Assembly (NCBI GenBank): GCA_965552135.1
Contig: CBEVQY010000032.1
Coordinates: 1-24,172, forward strand
Reading direction: 5' to 3'
Origin: an uncultured bacterium
GTDB lineage: Bacteria; UBP14; UBA6098; B30-G16
Length of the DNA stretch: 24,172 nt
A program made the position numbers and the translations under genes. Of the stretch, positions 16,049 through 24,172 are shown one piece after another (the first letter of the stretch is position 1; the number at the start of each line of letters is the position of its first letter). The notes below the pieces were generated by a model. That model saw only the letters and a program-made list of their open reading frames with translations. It searched no databases and was not told the DNA's origin.

Positions 16049-17263
16049 ATGAGGGTGGGGAGGGTCACAGCGCTTTTTCTTTGCGCCGCTGGAGTTGTCC
16101 TCGGCACAAGCTGGCGCGTGCAGCTGGGCGTCCAAAGCGCAACGCTTATGTATCTGGATTGGTACAACTACTTCGGCATCTCCCCCGACGCATCGGACGG
16201 GTGGGACATGTACGACGTGGTCAACATGTTCTCGCCCGAGCTTTACTACATCGACCTCTACTTTCCGCACGACGACAGCTCGCGTCCGGACTACTGGCCA
16301 CCGCCACACAACGAGAAGTTCTCAATCGACATCCGCAGCGACTCGACCCCCGTTCTCACGTTCTACTTCGACGTCTTCGTGCAGACGATGTGGTCGGAAA
16401 GCGTTGCCGTCTTCTGGGTCGAGGTCGACTCCGTTCCGCCGTGCGACCTTGTGGAGATATCGCCGCTTCGGGCGGAGGGTGTGAACATCTTCTCCGCCGA
16501 TACCATCTGGATGAGGCTTTCGCCCGGGGTCTATTACTTTGTCGCCAGGGTCAAGCGGAACGCCCTCGAGCGGCTTGAGGTTCTGCCGAAGGTGATCTTT
16601 CTGCGCGTTGGAGAGCGCCTGCGGCTTTCGGCGCGCCTCACAGGTCCGCACGACACCGTGTTCGTGCGCCCGCAGTGGACGGTTCTGGGCGACGGGCTCG
16701 ACATCGACGACGACGGATGCGCCACAGCAACGGAGGAAGGTGACGGAAAAGTAGTGGCCTGCTTTAGGGGATGGTGCGACACCGCAAGCTTTTTCGTCTC
16801 GGGGGAGGCTGCGGTCTTCGTCGAGCTTCCGCTGAGGAAGGGCTGGAACCTGATATCGCTTCCGGTGATGCCCTCAACGCCGCTTGCAGCCGCCGTATTC
16901 CCTTTCGCATATCCGAACATCTACCGCTACGAAAGCGCAAGGCAAACGTATGAGGTCGCCGAAACCCTTCGCGCGGGCGAGGGGTATTTCGTCCTCGCAT
17001 TCCGCGACACATCCGCAACCGTATACGGAGCCCCCGTAAACGAGGTGTCGCTTGCGCTTTCGCCCGGATGGCACCTCGTGGGCGGACCGATCGCCCCCGT
17101 CCAGGCGGAGGACGTGGCGGTCCACCCAAACGATGCACTCATACCACCCATTTTCTCTATGGACAAGGGCATTTACGCGGGTTATGATAGATTTGAGCCG
17201 GGGCGCGGGTATTGGATGCTTCTTCTGCAGGAGGCAATGGTTGGGATATCCCCAAGGAGGTGA
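16049..17263 (+). CDS. Secreted protein with an Ig-like (Big_2-like) segment and tandem GWNL-type repeats
   Basis: Signal-peptide-like N-terminus; LEVLP..LRVGERLRLSA..W..IDDDG..A..G Ig-like segment; GWNLISLP..GEGYFV and GWHLVGGP..PGRGYWM repeats. Confidence 0.75.
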   Translation: MRVGRVTALFLCAAGVVLGTSWRVQLGVQSATLMYLDWYNYFGISPDASDGWDMYDVVNMFSPELYYIDLYFPHDDSSRPDYWPPPHNEKFSIDIRSDSTPVLTFYFDVFVQTMWSESVAVFWVEVDSVPPCDLVEISPLRAEGVNIFSADTIWMRLSPGVYYFVARVKRNALERLEVLPKVIFLRVGERLRLSARLTGPHDTVFVRPQWTVLGDGLDIDDDGCATATEEGDGKVVACFRGWCDTASFFVSGEAAVFVELPLRKGWNLISLPVMPSTPLAAAVFPFAYPNIYRYESARQTYEVAETLRAGEGYFVLAFRDTSATVYGAPVNEVSLALSPGWHLVGGPIAPVQAEDVAVHPNDALIPPIFSMDKGIYAGYDRFEPGRGYWMLLLQEAMVGISPRR

Positions 17264-17268
17264 TGGGC

Positions 17269-20200
17269 ATGAAGAGGGCGCTTTTTTTGTTTTTAGGGGT
17301 TTTCCTTCTTTTGGTCTGCTGGGCGACCGTTTTTAAGGAGGACTTCACCAGCCTCGACTACTGCGACATGTCGCTTACCACGGGCGGCTGGGACATCGAC
17401 ACGGCGCGCGGTCTTGTTGCCTACACATCTCCGCCCGAGATATCGTGGAGCAGCGCTGGGGGGAGCGGTCGCCATCCGCTCAAGCTTGCCGTTGGCGGTA
17501 GCTACGTGTGCGCCGCCGACATGGACGGGCTCACCCGGTTCGACATAAGCACCGGCGCGGAATCGGGGCACATAACGCTCCCCGCAGGCGACGCCGTGGA
17601 CGTCGCCCTCCTGGGAAGCTACGCCTACGTCGCCGCAACAAACGCGTTCTACTCCGTCGACTACGTGTCCTCAACGATGTCCATAGCGGACAACCTCACG
17701 ATAAACGCGCTTGGCGTTGGCATACGCGGCGACTCGGCATACGTCGGCTGCGGATCAAGCGGGCTTAGGTGCGTCGATATATCGGATCCCACAAACCTCG
17801 TCAACCGCGATCTTTTGAGCTGGACGAACGCCGACGCCCGGGGCGTGGAGATATACTCCCCCGACGGAACGAACTACTACGCCATCGTCGCCGACCGCAA
17901 CGTCGGAATAGTCTACGTCGACATAACGCCCGGAAGCGCAGGCTTTATGAGCACGTATCACGCCACAGCCTTAGGACCCACGGGGCAGGGCGGGTTCTAC
18001 CTCGACATAAACGACACGATTGCCGTCGTAGCCGCAGGCGACAGCATATACGTCGTTGGTTTGGGCAACGTTGGCACGGGAAGCGACCTCAACATCCTCC
18101 AGCGGATCAAAGCCCGGCACTGGGCTTACGATGCACGCATCAAGCCCAACTACGGCTTCCTCGTCGCGGACGGCATCTACGGCGTCGACTGGTTCATCAT
18201 GCCCGAAGACGACTACAGCAAGTGCTGGCTTGCGTGCTCCTTCCCCCTCACAACGGACCCCTCGGCAACAGACACGTCGGCAAAGGGGGTGGATATCGTA
18301 GTTCTCCGCAACCAGCTTGTTGTGGCCGACAGCTGCGGTCTTCAGATGCGCGACTTTGCGCCAGGGGACGCAGTCCAGCCCTCAAGCGAATGGGCGGACG
18401 TGCTCGACGCATCGGCGGGATGGTCGTACGGAGAAGCGGTGAGCATGTCGTACGGGAACGGCTACCTCTTCGTAAGCGGTCAAACCTACGGAGTTGTGGC
18501 GGTAGACATATCTGATCCCTTCAACCTTCAGGTTGTGGGGACGCTTTCGCTCGTCCCCGCCCTCGGATCCGACGTGGAGGACGACTACCTCTACCTGTGC
18601 ACCGGAGGCACCTCGCCGAACTTCTACAAGATAGACGTAAGCAGCCCAAGCGGGATGAGCGTTGTCTCCAGCGCCACGATAAGCGGAACTGCGACGGACG
18701 TAGACGTTTCCGGCAACTACGCATACGTCGCGTGCCACAACGGCGTAAAGAAGCTCGACATCTCGAGCTGGCCGCCGAGCGTGGTGGCGACGTACTCGTC
18801 CTCAGCCGCATGCGTCTCCGTCTACTACGACGAGGATGAAGACTCCCTCTACGTCGCCGCCGACGAAAACGGGCTGCTTGTGCTGAAGTCGTCTGATCTC
18901 TCCCTCGTCGCGCAGTACGACTCGCCGGGGCACTGCTGGGGGCTTGCAAAGCGCGGGGGCTCGTGCTACATCGCCGACAAGGAGCAAGGGGTCAGGAAGA
19001 TAGATCTCTCCACGATGACGTCGGTTTGGGACGTAGCCTTCACGAGCCCGAGCCGCGAGGCTGTGAGTTTGGCGCTCTTCGGTGGGTATCTGGCGGTTGG
19101 CTTCCTCGAAAGCCCGTCGCCGCAGGACCTCTGCCTCATCGACACCACCGACGGCTCGGTGGATTACTGGTGCCCAACGACACACTCAACCTACATAGGC
19201 GAAGCCCTCACCATCGTGGGGGATTACCTCTTTATGGCGGACTACTCGTACGGGCTGAAGTCGTGGCAGCTGACGGGCGGCGCCATGCCGAACGAGCGCG
19301 CAAGCTGGACGAGGCTTTACTCGAAGAAGATCAACACATCCCAGTTCCGCTACGTGCACTGGCACGCCGCCGAGCTCCAGGACGGCTCCGACGCCGCATC
19401 CACAGGTCCGCAGGATACGGCAAGCTACTACCTCGTCTACCTCTCCAACCCACCCGCGGAGACGCTGCGCATAATGAACAACGAAGAGGATCCACCACGC
19501 GGCGCCGGCGGAACCCGCCTATACTTCGACCTCGGAGCGCTTTACGACTCGCTGTTCTGGTTCGTCGAGGTCACCGAGCACAACACATCCCCCACATCCG
19601 CCGACACGCTCTGGTCGGTGGACACGGTGGAGATCGAGTACCTCCAGACGCTTTCGCTTATGCGCGTTGCGGGCGAGCTTTCCGCGGGCGGCTTTAGCGC
19701 CGGCGTCGTCTTCGACGAGGGCGCGCTCGTGTCCACAGACAGCCTCGATGTGCCGTACTCAGCCGGGAACATGTACTGGGTTCTGGACGGGCACAGATTT
19801 ACCACGATAAGCCTTCCCTACGACGAGCCGCAGCCGCCGCTTACACTTGTCCTCGAGCACGCAGCGCCCGTCCACATCGAGGGACCCATAACTTTCATAG
19901 TCGACGGCGACACCATCGCAGAGGGCACCGTTATCGACGAGGGGGTTCATGCGGTCGTCGTCATTCCGCCGCCGCGGTGCAGGTTCGTGTACAGGACCTA
20001 CCCCGGCTGGAACCTCATCTCCCACTCGGGCACGACGCCGACGACGCCGCAGGCTTTGGGCTTTGACGAGGCGTTCTGGTACGATCCCTGCGCGCGCAGC
20101 TACGTCTCCGCAGACGTGATTCTGCCCGGGCGCGGCTACTTCTGCTACTCCGAAGGCGGCGTAGCAACGACCGATGGGATTCCCACAAAGCGCCTCGCCG

Positions 20201-21075
20201 TCCCGCTTGAAGCGGGCTGGAACCTCGTGGGCGGTCCGGGCGAGAGGGTTCCCGTCGCAGCGCTCGAAACGCAGCCGCCGAACTCGGTGCTCAAATACTG
20301 CGTCTTCTCGATGATGCCCAGGTCTTACACCTACTACATCGTCGACGAGCTTTTGCCCCGCTGTGGCGCCTGGGTTTTCGCGCTTATGCCGTGCACTCTC
20401 TACATCGACCCACGCGCCGAAACCACCGCGCTTGAGAGGACCACACCCGAAAGACAGATATCGCTTACGCTGCGGGGCGAGGGCGGGTCGCAGAGGCTTT
20501 CGCTGGGCGTGGATCCTCGCGCCACAGACGGCTTCGACCTCGGGCTGGACGCGCCACGCCCGCCGCAGGCGCCGGGCTCACCAACGCTGGGATACCTCAG
20601 GGCGAAGGGATTCGACTTCGGTCTTGCGCTCGACGCCAGAAAACCAGGGAGTGAATGGGAGCTTGTGGTCCTGCGCCGATGCCGGCTTTTCGCCAACGCC
20701 GACTACAGGAGCGGGTCGATCTTAGTTTGTGGCGAGGGCTTCAGCGCCGTCGTCGGAAGCGACGGCGTGGAGCTTACGCCCGGGACGTACAGGCTCTCGT
20801 GGCTCGACGAGTACATCCTGCCGAGGCGCGCTGCGCTCTCCGCCTCGCCGAACCCGTTTAACGCCTCCGTCCTCCTTGCAGTTGATCTCCCGTGCTCGCG
20901 CGGCGCCGTCGACGTGTTCGACCTCGACGGAAGACGCGTGGCACACTTCGACCTGCAGGGCGCAGGACGCCACACCCTCAGGTGGAACGGGAGCGGGCTG
21001 CCGTCGGGGGTCTACCTGGTAAGCCTCTCGTCGCAGGCGCAGCGCGTCTGGAAGAAGGTAGTTATGCTCAAGTAG
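17269..21075 (+). CDS. Large secreted LVIVD-repeat beta-propeller protein with GWNL repeats and a C-terminal T9SS/FlgD-type sorting domain
   Basis: SD AAGGAGGTGA; signal peptide MKRALFLFLGVFLLLVCWA; repeats such as GDSAYVGCGSSGLRCVDISDP, GYLFVSGQTYGVVAVDISDP and GNYAYVACHNGVKKLDIS; tail SPNPFNAS..VFDLDGRRV..WNG..LPSGVYLV..KKVVMLK. Confidence 0.88.
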   Translation: MKRALFLFLGVFLLLVCWATVFKEDFTSLDYCDMSLTTGGWDIDTARGLVAYTSPPEISWSSAGGSGRHPLKLAVGGSYVCAADMDGLTRFDISTGAESGHITLPAGDAVDVALLGSYAYVAATNAFYSVDYVSSTMSIADNLTINALGVGIRGDSAYVGCGSSGLRCVDISDPTNLVNRDLLSWTNADARGVEIYSPDGTNYYAIVADRNVGIVYVDITPGSAGFMSTYHATALGPTGQGGFYLDINDTIAVVAAGDSIYVVGLGNVGTGSDLNILQRIKARHWAYDARIKPNYGFLVADGIYGVDWFIMPEDDYSKCWLACSFPLTTDPSATDTSAKGVDIVVLRNQLVVADSCGLQMRDFAPGDAVQPSSEWADVLDASAGWSYGEAVSMSYGNGYLFVSGQTYGVVAVDISDPFNLQVVGTLSLVPALGSDVEDDYLYLCTGGTSPNFYKIDVSSPSGMSVVSSATISGTATDVDVSGNYAYVACHNGVKKLDISSWPPSVVATYSSSAACVSVYYDEDEDSLYVAADENGLLVLKSSDLSLVAQYDSPGHCWGLAKRGGSCYIADKEQGVRKIDLSTMTSVWDVAFTSPSREAVSLALFGGYLAVGFLESPSPQDLCLIDTTDGSVDYWCPTTHSTYIGEALTIVGDYLFMADYSYGLKSWQLTGGAMPNERASWTRLYSKKINTSQFRYVHWHAAELQDGSDAASTGPQDTASYYLVYLSNPPAETLRIMNNEEDPPRGAGGTRLYFDLGALYDSLFWFVEVTEHNTSPTSADTLWSVDTVEIEYLQTLSLMRVAGELSAGGFSAGVVFDEGALVSTDSLDVPYSAGNMYWVLDGHRFTTISLPYDEPQPPLTLVLEHAAPVHIEGPITFIVDGDTIAEGTVIDEGVHAVVVIPPPRCRFVYRTYPGWNLISHSGTTPTTPQALGFDEAFWYDPCARSYVSADVILPGRGYFCYSEGGVATTDGIPTKRLAVPLEAGWNLVGGPGERVPVAALETQPPNSVLKYCVFSMMPRSYTYYIVDELLPRCGAWVFALMPCTLYIDPRAETTALERTTPERQISLTLRGEGGSQRLSLGVDPRATDGFDLGLDAPRPPQAPGSPTLGYLRAKGFDFGLALDARKPGSEWELVVLRRCRLFANADYRSGSILVCGEGFSAVVGSDGVELTPGTYRLSWLDEYILPRRAALSASPNPFNASVLLAVDLPCSRGAVDVFDLDGRRVAHFDLQGAGRHTLRWNGSGLPSGVYLVSLSSQAQRVWKKVVMLK

Positions 21076-21402
21076 TCACCTCGCCAAAGGCACCCATTTC
21101 ACGAGCTTCCCGCAGCGGACAACGTACACGCCGTTAGGCGTCTCCGGCGGAGGGCGCCAGCACGCCCTTCCCGCCACAGCGCGCCCCGACCACAAAACCC
21201 TGCCCGAAAGATCCAAGACCTCGACGCAGGCGTCGGCGACCGGCGTCAGGACCTCGAGTCGATCGGAGAAGGGCACCGGGCGAACGTCGAATGAGCCGAG
21301 GGCGCCGGGCGAGGGGTAGTCCACACGGGCGACTGTGTCGCAGAAGGCGACGGCGAGGGTGCCGTAGGGGGCGCAAAGGTAGTCCGCACGCTCACCGATG
21401 TC
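21076..21402 (-). pseudogene. Orphan T9SS/FlgD-type C-terminal sorting domain; probable 5'-truncated gene remnant (ORF from GTG 21324)
   Basis: RPVPFSD..VEVLDLSGRVLW..W....PNGVYVVR. The frame stays open upstream of the GTG ([27 protein letters not shown]) into the ruvB end, without start codon or signal peptide. Confidence 0.55.
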
Positions 21403-22423
21403 AGTCGAAGAGACGGAGCTGGGCGGTTCGCGGTATCCCGAGGTGTTTGTACGCCAAGGGCGTTGCGACCCTGCCGCGCGGCGTCCGCGACAGAAAACCC
21501 CGCTGGATGAGGTACGGCTCGTAAAGCTCCTCTATCGTGCCCTCGTCCTCGCCAACGGCAACGGCGATCGTCTTTATGCCAACCGGACCGCCCCCGAACT
21601 TCTCGATTATCGTCCTCAGGATGCGCTTGTCCATCTCGTCGAGCCCCTCCGAGTCGATCTCGAGCATGTCGAGGGCGGCTTTCGCGACCTCCTCGGTTAT
21701 GACGCCATCCCCGTGTACCTGGGCGAAGTCGCGAACGCGCCGGAGGATCCTGTTTGCGATGCGCGGCGTACCGCGGGAGCGACGTGCTATCTCGTAAGCG
21801 CCAGCCTCGTCCGTCGAAATACCCAATATCCGCGCCGAGCGAAGGACGATCTTGAAGAGATCCTCGGGCGGGTAGTAGTCGATCCGCTCGACGATGCCGA
21901 ACCTCGACCGCAAAGGCGGCGTTATGAGCCCCGCCCTCGTGGTCGAGCCGATGAGCGTAAAGCGCCTCAGGTTCACCCTGACGGTGCGAGCGTTGGGGCC
22001 GCGGTCGATGACGATGTCGATGGCGAAGTCCTCCATAGCCGGATACAAAAACTCCTCGACGTTCCTCGGGGTCCTGTGGATTTCGTCGATGAAGAGGACT
22101 TCGCGGTCGCCCAGCGACGAGAGGAGCCCCACAAGGTCTGCGGGTCGCTCGAGGATAGGACCCGCGGTGACCTTTATCGCAACGCCCATCTCGGCGGCGA
22201 TAATGTGCGCCAGGGTCGTCTTCCCAAGCCCCGGCGGTCCGTAGAAGATTATGTGGTCGAGTGCCTCGCCGCGCGCACGGGCTGCCTCGATGTAGGTGGC
22301 AAGCTTCCTTTTAAGCTTTTCCTGACCGATGAACTCCGAAAGCCTCCTCGGGCGCAGCGACTCGTCCTCGCGCCGCTCAGCATCCGAAGGATGGGGCGAA
22401 AATATATCCCCACGCCCGATCAA
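21401..22423 (-). CDS. ruvB: Holliday junction branch migration helicase RuvB
   Basis: [73 protein letters not shown] start with SD GGAGG. Confidence 0.97.
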   Translation of the reverse strand: MIGRGDIFSPHPSDAERREDESLRPRRLSEFIGQEKLKRKLATYIEAARARGEALDHIIFYGPPGLGKTTLAHIIAAEMGVAIKVTAGPILERPADLVGLLSSLGDREVLFIDEIHRTPRNVEEFLYPAMEDFAIDIVIDRGPNARTVRVNLRRFTLIGSTTRAGLITPPLRSRFGIVERIDYYPPEDLFKIVLRSARILGISTDEAGAYEIARRSRGTPRIANRILRRVRDFAQVHGDGVITEEVAKAALDMLEIDSEGLDEMDKRILRTIIEKFGGGPVGIKTIAVAVGEDEGTIEELYEPYLIQRGFLSRTPRGRVATPLAYKHLGIPRTAQLRLFD

Positions 22424-22441
22424 CCGAACCTCCGGGAAAGC

Positions 22442-23842
22442 TTACTTGAACTTCTTCACCTCAAGCTCGACATCTTCGGCGAAGACCGGGGGAGCCTGCT
22501 CCCCGAGCCAGAGGGATATATGCCGCGCCGAGAGCCTGTCCACCTCGCCCGTTGTGGGGTCGAGGGGCGCCCAGCCAATCTCGGGACCAAGGTACACCTC
22601 CACCCAGCTGTGGTCGAGGGGGACGTCGGCGTAGAGTATCCCCTGCACAACCCTTGCGGGTATGCCGACTGCGCGCAGCATAGCGACGCAAAGCATAGCC
22701 TTCGTCAGGCAATCGCCGCGAGCTTTGACAAGCGCATCCCTCGCGTCGTACCGCTCAAGGACGTACTCGACGTTCTTGTTCACCCAAAGGTTTATCGCCC
22801 TCGCAGCCTCCCAAAGCGTCGGCGCCTCGGAAACGATCCTTGCCGCCTGCTCCTTCACACCATCGTCGTCGGAGTCTATCCCCGGCGCGGGCGAGATATA
22901 CTCGGGGGCAACGGAAAAAGGCTTGCTAAGGGGCCACTCGGGCGCAAGGGTCACCCTGTGGCTTATGTTGGTGCACTTTATGTCGCCGTCTACGCCGCCC
23001 TCGTCTATCGTGCCCACAAACGTCTGCGCGCGGCGGTTTAGGTAGACACGATCAAGTCTGCCGTGCGGATCGAAGGAGATGTGTCCCTCAAGGCGCTTGC
23101 CCCGAAGGAGACGCTTCACAAACGACCTGTCGCCCAGATCCTGCGGCGTCAGGGGGTGATAGTTTTTGGGTATTCGCCTTTCTGCCTCAGTGACCTCCTC
23201 AATCCCAGCAAGCTTCGCCTCGAGCCGCTGCTCGGGGAAGGAAACGCTCAAAAGCTCGCGGTCCTCCGAAACGACGAGCTCCACATCGTTCGCGCCGAGC
23301 TTGCCGACGAAAACCGAAGCCTTCTTGCCGTCAAAATCCCTCTCCTCCTCGTTTCTGAGCTTTAGCTTGCATGCCGAAAATATCTGCGGAACGATGACGT
23401 CGAGGGTCACGTTGCCGACCATCGGGTCTATGACCTTTCCGAGAACCCAGAAGTGGGCGAAGACGTTTTGGTCGGCAACATACCCACCCGTGGGGAAATC
23501 GAGCTCTTGGCTCATCCGCTGAAGACCCGCAGAACCTGTGATGCTCGCCTTACCCTCCTCGAACTTCACGAAAACATCCTGCTTGCCGGAGGGAGTCGTT
23601 ATCTCAACGCTGTACGCCCTCGGGTGATAGCCCTGATCAAGCTGGGTCTCAGCCTCGTATATCGACTGGGCACCCGAGATCGTCATCGTCGTCTTCGACA
23701 CAAGCACAAAGCCCGTTGGACGCTTCTCGAACCTGAAGTGACACTCGCCAACCTTGCTCCCGTCGGAGAAGATCTCATAGGTCCCCGTAATCTGAGCGGA
23801 ACAGACCGCCGAAAGAAACGCCAAAATCAAAAGCCTTCTCAT
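22442..23842 (-). CDS. Secreted transglutaminase-like (Cys-His-Asp) domain protein with an N-terminal beta-rich domain
   Basis: Signal peptide MRRLLILAFLSAVCSA-Q; GDCLTKAML..RAVGIPARVVQG, HSWVEVY, W..LDPT. Start taken as ATG 23842. Confidence 0.87.
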   Translation of the reverse strand: MRRLLILAFLSAVCSAQITGTYEIFSDGSKVGECHFRFEKRPTGFVLVSKTTMTISGAQSIYEAETQLDQGYHPRAYSVEITTPSGKQDVFVKFEEGKASITGSAGLQRMSQELDFPTGGYVADQNVFAHFWVLGKVIDPMVGNVTLDVIVPQIFSACKLKLRNEEERDFDGKKASVFVGKLGANDVELVVSEDRELLSVSFPEQRLEAKLAGIEEVTEAERRIPKNYHPLTPQDLGDRSFVKRLLRGKRLEGHISFDPHGRLDRVYLNRRAQTFVGTIDEGGVDGDIKCTNISHRVTLAPEWPLSKPFSVAPEYISPAPGIDSDDDGVKEQAARIVSEAPTLWEAARAINLWVNKNVEYVLERYDARDALVKARGDCLTKAMLCVAMLRAVGIPARVVQGILYADVPLDHSWVEVYLGPEIGWAPLDPTTGEVDRLSARHISLWLGEQAPPVFAEDVELEVKKFK

Positions 23843-23877
23843 CTGCTCCCCCTTCCGCAAGCCTTGTTATCAAAAGC

Positions 23878-23906
23878 AAAGTATCGCCGCTCGACCCCGC
23901 CGTCAA
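23878..23906 (-). promoter_or_regulatory. Putative sigma70 promoter for the transglutaminase-ruvB unit
   Basis: TTGACG-N17-TACTTT. Confidence 0.6.
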
Positions 23907-23940
23907 GGGAAATGAAGAAACCCAAGCACGCACAATCCAA

Positions 23941-23969
23941 TTGACGAACAAAATCCTAACAGGTATTTT
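23941..23969 (+). promoter_or_regulatory. Putative sigma70 promoter, divergent
   Basis: TTGACG-N17-TATTTT, then SD GAGGAGG at 23985-23991. Confidence 0.6.
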
Positions 23970-23997
23970 GCGAAAAAGAAAAACGAGGAGGGTGGAG

Positions 23998-24172
23998 ATG
24001 AGAGAGCGTGTGGCGGCTTTGTGCGTCGTTTTGCTTTTGGTTTCTGTGGCTTTTGCCGTTCCGCGGCAGATGAACTTTCAGGGCAAGCTCACCGACACCA
24101 CCGGCGTTGCGCTGGACGAGCTTGTCAAATGCTTAAGGGACGGCGTTCCTCTACTCAACCCCGACAAGAGGC
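23998..24172 (+). CDS. 5' part of a secreted protein (P..N[FY]QG.LTD..G..L type N-terminus); runs off the window
   Basis: Hand translation MRERVAALCVVLLLVSVAFA-VPRQMNFQGKLTDTTGVALDELVKCLRDGVPLLNPDKR, with signal peptide, SD and promoter. Not in the supplied ORF track. Confidence 0.75.
   Translation, partial: MRERVAALCVVLLLVSVAFAVPRQMNFQGKLTDTTGVALDELVKCLRDGVPLLNPDKR

Noticed and set aside
21395..21412. Programmed +1 frameshift fusing RuvB to the downstream sorting domain (GAC TGA C)
   Set aside because: No prfB-type CTT-TGA slippery codon or internal SD, RuvB is already full length, and a secretion tail on a cytoplasmic helicase makes no sense.
1..24172. tRNA/rRNA genes, CRISPR arrays, IS elements, integrases, reverse transcriptase/DGR, clear intrinsic terminators
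   Set aside because: None recognisable by eye on either strand.

Overview
A GC-rich (roughly 60%) bacterial chromosomal window. T9SS/FlgD-type C-terminal sorting tails suggest an FCB-superphylum-like lineage (inference). The left half is on the minus strand: a 93-aa and a 228-aa hypothetical gene, an NDP-sugar/MurU-like nucleotidyltransferase, a structured intergenic region, lepB, ricT/yaaT, ispD, an MBL-fold hydrolase, a five-gene small-GTPase locus, and a large modular secreted protein apparently cut at the left edge. The GTPase locus encodes a 4-TM Pro/Glu-rich protein with probable tandem degenerate Roadblock domains, a membrane-anchored Roadblock protein, a soluble Roadblock protein, MglA and MglB. 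The middle is on the plus strand: a Cof-type HAD hydrolase, a lower-GC orphan DNA methyltransferase, cdaA and two secreted proteins that share modules. The right end holds an orphan sorting-domain remnant, ruvB, a secreted transglutaminase-like protein and the start of a divergent secreted protein. The most interesting element is the expanded, membrane-tethered multi-Roadblock MglA system. Other highlights are several apparently leaderless genes and a possible pseudoknotted RNA at about 11320-11500. No tRNA, rRNA, CRISPR array or transposase was seen. All calls come from reading motifs by eye; no searches were run.
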